DNA of 46,447 nucleotides from contig NC_057719.1 of the NCBI RefSeq assembly GCF_004010195.1, positions 53,258,255 to 53,304,701 on the forward strand, given 5' to 3'. Source of the DNA: Chiloscyllium plagiosum (taxonomy: Eukaryota). Positions 10,096 to 21,998 of this stretch are shown in pieces. The translations under genes and the position numbers were made by a program. How positions within the stretch are numbered: the stretch's first letter is position 1; every line of letters begins with the position of its first letter. The notes below the pieces were generated by a model. It worked only from the letters and a program-made list of their open reading frames with translations, did not search any database and was not told the origin of the DNA.

Positions 10096-12579
10096 TAATC
10101 TGACTTGGTGGTTGAATCTCTTTCTGACAGAATGAGCACTTCTAAACTCTGCAATGTTCTGACGGTGATGCATGGTGTCAATGTTTGAATGAGGGGAGAC
10201 TTAACAAGGCTGTCCATGGATACAGCATTTTCAACTGATAGTGGGTTTCACCAGTAGAGACTGTCTCTCATTGTTAAATTGTACGTGCTTTCTCAGAACA
10301 GACTATTGATTCATAGTATGTTAATTATAGTCATTAAGCAAACAACAAAAGGAGCAAATACAGGAGTGATACACAGTTCCAATGACAACATTAGTACTAG
10401 TATGTTGTTGACAAAATCCTGACCATTGTATCTTTCCTTTGCTTTCCTACCTTGCTGTATCTTACCAACATTGGCTCTATTACAGTTTGTATTTTCGTTC
10501 AAGTCATTATTAAAGATTGTAAATGGTCATATGCATGATCATTCCCAGGGCATGGGTCTTTAATACATTATGGTTCAAGATGGGACACCCCCAATTTACA
10601 CAATCCCAGCTGAAAATGAAAGAACTGACTCTCCACTTTATTTTTCCAAATGCCTCTTCACCTCAGTTAGTCAAAACTTCAGGCAAAGAATCCCTTCCTT
10701 TGTGGGCATCTTTCCCAGTTCCCATTTAATGTTTTAAAATAAACCAATTCAACCAGGCTTTCTTGGATTAAGGGAGGAGTTAGTTTATTACTTGCTAAAA
10801 TGGAAGGAAAAATAATAAATTGCAATACAGACACACAGGTGAGTAGTGAAAAGTGAAGAAACACATAGCAGTTAGAGGAAAGATATACGAATGAGTCTTA
10901 GACTTCTCCATGAGGAGTAGATGGTAAACTATTGATGTTTTGTAGTTGAGTGGTTTTGGTGGTGCTGACCAGAGCAGGTAAACATTTGATCTGGAGGTTC
11001 TCAGCCTGTCTCCTTTTGGATGGTATTTTGTTAACCTGTGAGAGAGACTTTCTAATTTTACCTGCACGTAAACGGGTGCCCAAGCGGATTTCCTCTAGCT
11101 GTGACTTTCTCAGCTCATACAAGGCCAGTTAAAGTAGAACACCAGACTAACGTGCAGCTGTGGTTGCATTTAGTTTTTTTTAAACTCTGTCTCTTGTTAT
11201 TCCTGGAACGGAAAGACATAGACATGCTTTTCACCCACAACTGCTTTCTTTCACCTCACATCATTCCCAAAGTCTGGGATATAATACACAATACCTCTGT
11301 TGAGGTGGTAATTGGCTTCTATTATCTCTGTAACCACGCGAGATTATATTTCAGTTTCTGTATTGTATCTTTTCCTTTGAACTGTCTAGTCTGAAGTTAC
11401 TTGACACAATCCAGGTGCAGCATGGTTTCTGGCAGGACTAAGAATAAATCACACAGGAATTTTCTAGACCATTACTGAAATAATATTCACAAACATTTTT
11501 AGCCTGTGTTTTATTTTTTTTTCCTTTCAACAATAAAAAAACTGTCTTAGGTACAAAGTCAATAGAAAGAATCTTCTGAGCCATTGAATGACATGGACAA
11601 TGGCGGCTCACTTGGGAAAGCATGTCAAGAAAAACAAGTCCTTCTCGATGTTGAGAATGAGAAGTACAAATTTCCACCCAAAGGTTTATCGGTGAGACGG
11701 GAATCTGCTAGAGAGCGGCAAGTGGCTCATTTGGGTAATTATGATCTTATTATTGCTTCATTCCGATCCCAAACGAAGGAGAGAAACACCACCGATAGTA
11801 GTAATGCTCAACCTGAAAGTCTGAAGGGTAACTTGACAGCTCCAGCTCAGCATTTGCTTCTCTGAACCTCCATCCTGACCAGGATTCTATGACAGTTCAT
11901 TACACATTCCATGGGCAGTGATTGTCTGGATCTTTCATCCACATTGTAAACGCACTAGCCTCTCCACATCATTATGGCACATCATAGACTTATTAAAATA
12001 CAGTTTACTAATTCACTTTGGAATGGACTGGTACCTTTCATTGCAATTCTGCTACTAGGCCACTTTACATGCAGAGACGGGTACACTTTTCAGACATTGG
12101 AAAATGTTGCATCTTCAGATCTAAAATTATTCTCTTAATGGGTATTCATGATGTATTTTCTTGGATTCTCACTGCATCTCTGCCTTGCCTTAACTTATCT
12201 TTCTGCACATTGCTGCCTTATTCAGAACTTACAGTCACACAGTATTACTATGGTGGATGGGCAGGCAGCTTGTCCTATGGCCACAAATGATCAGTCCAGG
12301 TGGTGGACATGTTGTTATATGGCAAGATGTTATGTCAACAGCTTATGTGGCCATACAAATGGCTACATTACAATGTCTAAGGGGAGTAGTCCTCAGTCAA
12401 GTCAAGGGAGACAGACTTGACTTGAGTGTCCCTCCACAGTCAGTTAAGACCGGTGTCTGATCTCAGTCTAGGAAAGTTGGACATAGCTAGTCAGCCAGCT
12501 GAGACAGTCAGGATTAGAGCTTCCATATGATTATAGCCTGGGGAGTGGGTTATACCCTTTCTGAAGGTTCAGTGCAACA

Positions 12580-13144
12580 GAGTTGAGAGTGTGTTGCTGA
12601 AAAAGCACAACAAGTCAGGCAGCATCAGAGGAGCAAGAGAATCAACATTTCTAGCATAAGCCCTCCATCAGGAGTGAGGCTTGTGGGCCAGCTTGTGTAG
12701 TGTGTGGAAATAGTACACACTACAATTCTGAAAACTTCAGCAACGATTCTCTTTCCACATCCTCTGCTCCAAGCTAGCAATGTGGATTTCAACAGTTTCC
12801 TCATTTCCCCTCCCTCCACATTATCCCAGTCCCTCCAACTCAGCACCACCCTCCTGACATGTCCATCGCCTTTCCCATCTCTCCGCTCCACCCTCCTCTC
12901 TGATCTATCACCTTCTCCCTCACCTAAACCACCCTATTGAATTCTCAGTTACCTTCCCTCTAGTCCAATCCCCTTCCATTTATCTCTCATTTATCCCTCA
13001 CAGTCGACAAGCCTCATTCCTGATGAAGAGCTTGTGCCCAGATCATCGATTCTCCTGCTCCTTCGATGCTGCCTGAGCTGCTGTGCTTTCCCAGAAACAC
13101 ACTCTCAACTCTGATCTCCAGCATCAGCAGTCATCACTTTCTAC
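12580..13144 (+). mobile_element. Fold-back PLE family A insertion with 15-bp TSD
   Basis: Left arm 12580-12687 is the inverse of ~13006-13111; aggttcagtgcaaca at 12565-12579 and 13145-13159. Confidence 0.85.
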
Positions 13145-13304
13145 AGGTTCAGTGCAACATCTAGGATTAGTTTCATAGAGATTAGTCAGGAGACTGGTCA
13201 ATCGTTAAGTGAGACTGTCTTTCCATGTCATTCAATGTTGGTAGGCCACAGTCAATGCTGGGGGTCTATTCACTGAAAGTCAAAGTGGCCTATCAGAGGC
13301 CACT

Positions 13305-13440
13305 AGGAGAAAGTGAGGACTGCAGATGCTGGAGATCAGAGTCGAAGATTGTGGTGCTGGAAAAACACAGCAGGTCACGCAGCATCTGAGGAGCAGGAGA
13401 ATCGACGTTTCAAGCATAAACTCTTCAGCAAGAATGAGGC
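13305..13440 (-). mobile_element. PLE family A terminal fragment
   Basis: ggagaaagtgaggactgcagatgctggagatcagag...gagaatcgacgtttc; flanked by gaggccact / gaggctact. Confidence 0.8.
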
Positions 13441-13575
13441 TACTGCTGTGGTGGGCAAGTTGATGAATCAACCGTGTGCATTGGAGGCAAGTTGCTAGGC
13501 TGCAGTGGGGACAATAATTGTGATGGGCAAACATAATATATAAAATTAGGAGACAATAGTACATTGCAGGATGTG

Positions 13576-14581
13576 CTTGACCTTTCTATTTCTATCTCAG
13601 GCGACCGAATCAACACGGACATCTACTACAAACCGACCGACTCCCACAGCTACCTGGACTACACCTCCTCCCATCCTACCCCCTGTAAAAATGCCATCCC
13701 ATTCTCCCAATTCCTTCGACTCCGCCGCATCTGCTCCCAGGAGGACCAGTACCAAAACCGCACAACCCAGATGGCCTCCTTCTTCAAGGACCGCAATTTC
13801 ACCCCCGACGTGGTCGACGATGCCCTCCACCGCATCTCCTCCACTTCCCGCTCCTCCGCCCTTGAACCCCGCCCCTCCAACCGCCACCAGGACAGAACCC
13901 CACTAGTCCTCACCTACCACCCCACCAATCCCCATGTACAGCGCATCATCCGCCGTCACTTCCGCCACCTCCAAACAGACCCCAGCACCAAGGATATATT
14001 TCCCTCCCCTCCCCTACCAGCCTTCCGTACAGACCACTCCCTCCGCCACTCCCTTGTCAGATCTACACCCCCCACCGACCCAACCTCCACTCCCGGCACC
14101 TTCCCTTGCAACCGCAGGAGGTGCAACACTTGCGCCCACACCTCCCCCCTCACTCCTCTCCAAGGCCCAAAAGGAAACTCCCATATCCGCCACAGATTCA
14201 CCTGCACCTCCACCCACATCATCTACTGCATCCGCTGCAGCCGGTGTGGCCTCCTCTATATTGGGGAGACAGGCCGCCTACTTGCGGAGCGATTCAGGGA
14301 GCACCGGTGGATGGGAGATCCCCCGAGGTGATGAGGTTATGGACGGTCTGGGAGATAATGGTTTGTTCTTTCCACCTATCACATTTCCGACGCCCCTCCC
14401 CCAAGTCCCTCCTCCCTACCTTTTATCTTAGCCTGCTGGACAAACTTTCCTCATTCCTGAAGAAGGGCTTATGCCCAAAACGTCGATTCTCCTGTTCCCT
14501 GGATGCTGCCTGACCTGCTGCGCTTTTCCAGCAACACATTTCCAGCTCTGATCTCCAGCATCTGCAGACCTCACTTTCTCC
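13576..14581 (+). mobile_element. 5'-truncated Penelope-like retroelement: RT C-terminus, linker, GIY-YIG endonuclease and 3' terminal repeat
   Basis: ORF 13564..14331: LDLSISISGDRINTDIYYKPTDSHSYLDYTSSHP..CK.AIPFSQFLRLRRICS (PLE RT thumb), PCNRRRCNTC, IIYCIRCSRCGLLYIGETGRLLAERFREH (GIY-YIG). Confidence 0.95.
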
Positions 14582-16196
14582 TTTACTGCAGGTGAGTTCA
14601 ACAATGGTCACCATCACCATAGATTAAAGGAAGGAGAATGCTTTGGAATAGTTGTCATAATTAAGCTGTACATAAATGTTATAAGGCATAAACTTAAATC
14701 AAAGAGTGAGTGAGAACATGTGGAATTTCAAACTTATGGAGTCAACATGGAGTGCAAGGCAGAAAAGAACAAGCAAGTTTGGGGGTCACCTGGATTAAAA
14801 GGTTATACCTATGACCAACTCTGTGAAATGAGGCCTGTGTTGCCTTCCATTCTCACCGGAATCCACAATGTAAATGAAAAGCTTACCTCCCACAAACCTA
14901 CTTTGGTCAGAGTTTTTTTTCCAAAAGTATATATTTTTTCACTTTCTCTGATTATAAACAGAAATGGAAGCTGAACTAATCCATTTGGAACACTAAGAAA
15001 GATTTTTGTAACTCAGAAATTAAATGTTACATTTTGCTAAGTCAACAATAAACAATGTGAAGAATATTTAAGGGAATTTACCTTCTGATTGATTGAGCTG
15101 CAGAGTGTTAAAAACTTCCAATACACCAGAAAATGAAAAAAACATCCCGACTGAAGACATAAAAGCATTCTTCTCTTTCCCTCTCTGAATAAAGACAGAA
15201 AACATAAGAAAGCTGAAAAGAAGGCATTCAAACAAGAAAGGACTGAAGTGTATTTGATTGAACATCAAATCGAATGATGGGCTTTGTCCTATAGAAAATA
15301 GGCTATCACAATTGCAAAAACAAAGGGATTTTTTTGAGGAAAATACCTTTGCATCTTGTGACTTGGGATTTCATTTTTTGGAACTTTGTTTACCTTATCT
15401 ATATTCTTTTCCATCCATAGTATATGCATTAAAACAATAATCTTGTGTCTTATTTGTAATTGAGTGTGTGTGTGTTTGGGATTTGAAATTATCTTCATAG
15501 GTAATCATTCTTCCTTTTCAGTGCATCTGTTAAAGTGTGTTATAATATAGAGATATTTTGGCTGTTTCTGATGAAACCTGAGGTGAATTACTTCAATTCC
15601 AGCAGTATTATTTGGTACAGTTTCACTTTAAGCGAGATTTAAGGACAGAAGAAAGTAGTCTATTTCACCCTCTACTAAGTGTAAGAGGTCACTGGCAATA
15701 TGAAGAGTGTATCAACACTGAAGTGTTCACCAACACTCAGAAAACAGGAAAAGTTAAACATTAGCCCTTTGCACTTCCTCCTAATGGTTTAAAACAACAT
15801 TGTTCTGAGAAGAGTTCTTAGGTTTGTCTGTACAAGCTGAAAGCAAAATTATAATTAAGTTTGTTAAAATGCTATTCTTTTTTATGTGTATTCCACAATG
15901 TCATGTTACAACCAAAATCATTTATTTTGCATTCCTTGTTTTCTTATAATAATATAAAGACGTCATTTATTCCCAGCAATTTGTTTGTAAAATTTCACTG
16001 ATGCATAATGAGGGAAAGATGGGAGCTGATTTTTTTTTTCAAATTGAATTCAATCAAACACATTATTCAAATATGGCTGGAAACAATCTGTTTAGTTCAT
16101 AACCTTTCTGTGAGAGACGATTTCAGTACAAATAGTTAAGATTTGCATGACCTCAGAGTCTAAGGGGAATAGAGCCGTGGGGGTAGGGTAAAACAT

Positions 16197-16644
16197 GCTT
16201 CTCAATAATCGCTCTAGACAAATTCAGGAAAACAAAGTTTTATTAACAAGTCTGCAGAGTTGGGCACCCTTGGAAAAAAAAAGGCGCGCCAGGCTAACAA
16301 TGTTTCTGATTAAATACAGTACAAGTCCCTCCCCTCTATAGCTCTAAAGAGTCACGAGGTTCACATTCTCACAAAGTCTGCAACAGTTTCCCGAGTTGTT
16401 TTTATACCCTGTAGTCTTATCAGTCAAGGACTTATTCTTCTCTGTCAGAGTTAGTGGTCTTATCAATCAAGGACTTGTTTTTCTACTCTGTAGCAGCAGA
16501 TGTCTCGTCCTTTAACCTCTTTGTATATAGATGGTACTTTAGAGACAACGACCGTTCTCTGACGGTCGTTCTCTTTCTCTAACTCCCGTTCAGTGTTCTG
16601 AACTCTGGTCTCCTTGACTCTGTCAACCTGCTCTCTGAGCAACA
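16197..16644 (-). promoter_or_regulatory. Inverted LTR segment with TATA box and poly(A) signal
   Basis: Minus strand: TATAAAAA (16399-16406), AATAAA (16239-16244), two 20-bp direct repeats containing TGATAAG (16414-16433, 16457-16476). Confidence 0.7.
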
Positions 16645-17395
16645 CAAAACCTGTTTATTGATCTCACCTCTAGGATTGCCACTGTTTTAAATGTTAGCAA
16701 TTGCTGGGTTTGTGGGGGGCCACATATGTCAGAACAATGGCCGTGGACTGGGCAAAGCTTAGACATATGGGAATTGCTTCAATACAACTGGACACATGTC
16801 AACGAAAGGAAAAGCCAGGGGTGGAGACTGACAAATAGCCCTGAGGGCCAGTTATGTGTTGAAGGCAAGGGGACCGTGGAGCTAGGAATTAGTCCCTGTC
16901 AGAGTGTATTGAATGCCACCACACAAGTATGGTGGCCTGAGAATATTGCTTGGTACATTGCAAACCGAGATCATCAAAATTACGTTCTGATTACGTTCTG
17001 ATTCCTCCTCTTACGAGCTAAGTGCTGACCCTTCCGATGGCATGAAAAGAGTGTGGAGCGGTGGTGGTCAGGGGAAACAATGCTGGAATAATCCTGTCCA
17101 GACTCTGCCACGGGGCCAACAATCCGAATACTGGAATTGCAGTGGTCCTGGTCCTTATGAGGGCGTCCCCGGGGTAAAGGAACTGTGGGATGACGTTGTG
17201 AGGCAGGGAGGGCCTGCTCCAGATGGCCTATTTTGGATATGCAGTAATCAGGCATATTCCAAACTGCCCATGGGATGGGCTGGAGTATGATTGGGGGGAT
17301 GAGTGGCCACCGGCCCGGATTATTGAATACTACGGGCCGGCTACGTGGGCACAGGACGGATCATGGGGATACCGTACTCCTATCTATATGTTAAA
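16645..17395 (+). pseudogene. env: Gamma-type retroviral envelope (ERV3/HERV-E-like) fragment, frameshifted
   Basis: QNLFIDLTSRIATVLNVSNCWVCGGPHMSEQWPW (CWxC motif); APDGLFWICSNQAYSKLPMGWAG; WGDEWPPARIIEYYGPATWAQDGSWGYRTPIYML. These closely recall ERV3-class Env. Confidence 0.9.
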
Positions 17396-18290
17396 NNNNN
17401 NNNNNNNNNNNNNNNNNNNNNNNNNNNNNNNNNNNNNNNNNNNNNNNNNNNNNNNNNNNNNNNNNNNNNNNNNNNNNNNNNNNNNNNNNNNNNNNNNNNN
17501 NNNNNNNNNNNNNNNNNNNNNNNNNNNNNNNNNNNNNNNNNNNNNNNNNNNNNNNNNNNNNNNNNNNNNNNNNNNNNNNNNNNNNNNNNNNNNNNNNNNN
17601 NNNNNNNNNNNNNNNNNNNNNNNNNNNNNNNNNNNNNNNNNNNNNNNNNNNNNNNNNNNNNNNNNNNNNNNNNNNNNNNNNNNNNNNNNNNNNNNNNNNN
17701 NNNNNNNNNNNNNNNNNNNNNNNNNNNNNNNNNNNNNNNNNNNNNNNNNNNNNNNNNNNNNNNNNNNNNNNNNNNNNNNNNNNNNNNNNNNNNNNNNNNN
17801 NNNNNNNNNNNNNNNNNNNNNNNNNNNNNNNNNNNNNNNNNNNNNNNNNNNNNNNNNNNNNNNNNNNNNNNNNNNNNNNNNNNNNNNNNNNNNNNNNNNN
17901 NNNNNNNNNNNNNNNNNNNNNNNNNNNNNNNNNNNNNNNNNNNNNNNNNNNNNNNNNNNNNNNNNNNNNNNNNNNNNNNNNNNNNNNNNNNNNNNNNNNN
18001 NNNNNNNNNNNNNNNNNNNNNNNNNNNNNNNNNNNNNNNNNNNNNNNNNNNNNNNNNNNNNNNNNNNNNNNNNNNNNNNNNNNNNNNNNNNNNNNNNNNN
18101 NNNNNNNNNNNNNNNNNNNNNNNNNNNNNNNNNNNNNNNNNNNNNNNNNNNNNNNNNNNNNNNNNNNNNNNNNNNNNNNNNNNNNNNNNNNNNNNNNNNN
18201 NNNNNNNNNNNNNNNNNNNNNNNNNNNNNNNNNNNNNNNNNNNNNNNNNNNNNNNNNNNNNNNNNNNNNNNNNNNNNNNNNNNNNNNNNN
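17396..18290. other. Assembly gap (N)
   Basis: Run of N. Confidence 1.
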
Positions 18291-21200
18291 TAAAACTTTG
18301 TTTTCCTGAATTTGTCTAGAGCGATTATTGAGAAGCGATTTTCATTTCTAACACTTTCAATGCCCTGAATGACCCACAATATTCATGTTTCTTTGCACAA
18401 CAAACTTTGACATACTCTATTTAGTAACACCTTAAATACATCTTTACTTTCGGTAAATGGTGCTGGACACTTGTATGTAATTACCTTCCCTAGTAAAATA
18501 TTAAAAATGACAGTTTGGGGCAGAAAGTACATAACATCCATTTCATGAGTAAAACATGGAATTATTAATAAATCAATGCAGTTTTCATTTTTCTTAAAAT
18601 AGTTCTTTGCCACATTGTTCTTAACTCTTTCTGTAGATTGCATTTGAACTAACAATTGTAATAACTAACTTTTGAATCAATTCACATTGAATTTTGGATA
18701 GAGTGAAGTATTACGCTGTTCATAAGGATCCTCTTTAGTAGAATATGGAAGCTTATTTTGATAAATGCTTGTATCCTGCAGTGAAGTATTATTAGCTTGA
18801 AGTCACCCTGTGGTGATTGATATTGCTGGAATGTGATTCTTCAGTATCTTAACTCCCATTTGAAATATGAATAAATAATGTGATACTTTTAATATGGAAA
18901 TCACTTCTCTACTATCATTCTAAAACATTCCTCTGGTCTGGTAGGAAACGGAAGGCTGTAGAATAAAGGTAAATTTCACAAAGCTCCGAAGTGCCTGCAG
19001 CAGTTGTGTGTTCACGGAAGAAGGTTGCTGTTGAAAGGACTTATTTTAAAAAAGGAGTCAAATATGAAGTAAAATTTCCCTGGTGAGGCAATCCTTTGTT
19101 GCATTTAATTAGGCTGGTGGACATTTTATTAAATTTCCTTGATGAAGCCTTCTATCTAATCCATCTTAATTAAGATGAGGTTTGCTTTGTAAGTAATCTA
19201 ATTTTGGGATGAATCATATGGCACATATCTTACGAAGAATGAAATTAGGTTCATGTTTGCTTGACTCAGAATTCTAAGCCATTATTTTCTTTTTAATTTT
19301 ACAGTGAAATAATCATTGTATTTCAATACATTTTTGAATACTTTAACTGGCTCGCAGTTGTAAGGCATGAACGAACAGTGTCAAATACGTCAAAAACTGT
19401 TTAAAAATTCTCTGTCAAATCCAACAATCAAAATTACTTATGGAGTTACTTTAGTATATAAAAGTTGTTCTTTCATTCACCCATTGTTTGGATTGTAGTC
19501 TGTCTGATGCTTGGAACTGAATGATCCAATAAAGTGCCTTGGAGTTTTTGATGAATAGCTCCAAAAAGTTTTTCTGCTCATAGAATCCACACAACCTGAG
19601 TTTAGGACCCACCATGATTGCTGTAGAATTTGCATTCGGTTTTAAAATGTGGATGCAGAAAGCCAGTGTCAGCAAAAAGGATTATGAAGCTAGCCATATT
19701 GCAGGGAGAAAACCACCAAGGTTTAAAAGGAGGGAAATCTGCTGCCATTGTCTAGCCCCTATATTAGCACTAGGCCCACCACCAGTGTTGATTAAGTCCA
19801 CATACTTTCTGAAATGGTCAAACAAACCTTCAGTTATATCAACAAAAACAAAGAATGGACTTCAATACTTTGACAAGATTAAGTGAGCAAAATACAAGGA
19901 ATGAAGAATTTTTAAAAAAATTCTTCTCATTTAAATAAAATTGTACATCAATAAATGGAAATTAGAAATCCATACTTTTCCACAAAGAAGGAAATGCTCA
20001 GGTAATGGAGCTGAAATTGAGGTGAAGTTGGATTTTTGTTCTAGTTCATCTCTATAAAGTATCTGAAAATTATGAACCATGTAGAAGAGAACTAGATTAT
20101 TTCTTTAATTTTGTGACAAAACCATTGCTACAAACAGTTGTAGTAACTGGTTATTTCAAGATGAGTTACTTTCTGCATTTAAATGTGTGCATTTGCTTAT
20201 ACTGTACAGAATGAAATGCTAAAGAATGACAGAGCTACAGAAAATCCATTCTAGCTCGATATGTAAGTATTTAAGATTGCTCATAAAAATCTATGCTGCT
20301 GAATTTACACTTTAGGCAATTGCTTTGCACTATGTATTAAATATATACTGAAAAAGTTTTTTTGTCATATAATCAAATGAAACAATTTTGTGTAATCCAT
20401 CCCTTAGTACTATTTCTTCATGGTGGTGTTTATTAAAACATAACTTCCACGCATCACTCAGCTTCAGTGAAATAAACAGTTTCGTATTCAATTGTATTGT
20501 ATAATTGAAGATAGCTACTGTATTTTGCATTGAAATCTAGTGAAATATGCTCAATATTTAAATTGCATGCATTTTTAAAGCCAATGAGGGTGAAATTCAA
20601 ATCATGTAGGGACACAACAAAGGATGCAGTGGATTGGCCACCCATTGTAAGAAATGCTCAATTTTCCATTTTCCATTTCCATCTGCCACAGATCAAATTG
20701 TCCCATTAGCATGTGCCTAGTTTTTATTATTGCATATATGTTATTCTGCCCAAAATTCATGGAGACACATTTATTGACAAGTTAAGTTAAAAACAATATA
20801 ATGACTGTAATAAATATGTACATCTGTTTTGCACTGTGCACTTTTCTGATTATGGACCTTGAGTGAAAGCAGTCATTAAACAGAGAGTTTGCTCTGTATA
20901 GTGACAATGCTTGCAAGATGCACCAAATGAGTACTTTGCCTTCATGTGATTTGATTTGGCAAATTGTCATTCCCCACTCGCATTGTTTATTGGTAGCTTG
21001 CTTATTCGGGTGGATTAGAGGATAAAATCAGGGAGCAGAGATGACGCTTATTGGTATTCTACACCTCTCAAAGGAAAAGCAAATTTTCAATTTATTAAAT
21101 TTAGTTTAAGAGCTGCATAGTGTGGACAGCAGGCAAAATTATTGCTACAATTTTATGCTACTTTATTTGTATTGTGCATTGGAGTTCTTTTGCAACACCA

Positions 21201-21871
21201 GAATAAAGGATGTCCAATTATCTAACAGTCACTGTAAGGGTATTTAGTAGATACATGCTGATTGAGAAATGAGGAGAATGGAAGTCATACCAAGATCCTT
21301 TCTATCCATCAGAAAACTGATAGAAACATTAATTGCTGTGACCCCAGGAATTACCTGCCAGTCAGGACAGGAATATTTGAGGGCCCTGGACCCTATTGTG
21401 ACTTTTACGTGATATGTGTGGTCATTAATTGTCTTAAAAAGGCTATGATAGGGACTTTGGCAGGAATTCAGAAGAAAATCGAGCCCCAAATCTTCACACT
21501 TCCAAACTTTCTATCAGTTAACTTTACTTAGAGAAGGCATTACGTTAATCAACATCCCTTTACCTTGGTAATGTATGAAAGAAGGTAATCAAAATACCAT
21601 TCCATGAGGTGATTTTGTGTTTCACATATTATTTTCTAAATGTAGAAATGTAAGCACTGAACAGGGTGAAATCATATGTTACAACCATAGAATGTGAGAA
21701 CTTAACACCTTCAATAAAATTCCATTGTTTTTAAATGTTAAGATTGAAAAGCATGTTTTCAACTTAAGTGGTCAAACGAAAGTATTTATTAAAAAAATTA
21801 TAAAGCACATAAACACCGCTTTACAGATAATTAGAGACTCTTCGGGTTTAACACTGTAAATAAATTAAACA

Positions 21872-21998
21872 AAAAAAATTGTTGATATTGGAAATCAGAA
21901 ACAAGAACAGAAACTACTGGCAAAACTCAGCAGGATTGGCAGCATCAATGGGGACAAAGTAGAGCGAATGTTCAGGTCCAGTGACTTTTCAATGGAAC
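21872..21998 (-). mobile_element. Old PLE-type terminal fragment
   Basis: ggaaatcagaaacaagaacagaaactactggcaaaactcagcaggattggcagcatc; related + strand piece at 22670-22810. Confidence 0.5.

Larger units (their letters stand above)
16109..18353 (+). mobile_element. Endogenous retrovirus remnant: rearranged 5' LTR, env fragment, N-gap, 3' LTR end
   Basis: Starts TG (16109) and ends CA (18353), flanked by CTTTC at 16104-16108 and 18354-18358; 18291-18336 is the exact reverse complement of 16197-16242; env homology between them. Confidence 0.8.

Noticed and set aside
11584..11865. 93-aa ORF as a host gene exon
   Set aside because: No recognisable homology and no convincing splice acceptor; kept only as part of a non-coding candidate region.
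13305..14581. One 1.3-kb element with terminal inverted repeats capturing 13441-13575
   Set aside because: The arms come from different subfamilies, no shared outer TSD is visible, and the left piece has its own gagg(c/t)act-type flanks, so two insertions are more likely.
17223..18379. ORFs over 300 aa in the ORF track (likewise 33356..34135 and 36211..37068)
   Set aside because: Their length comes from translating N runs.
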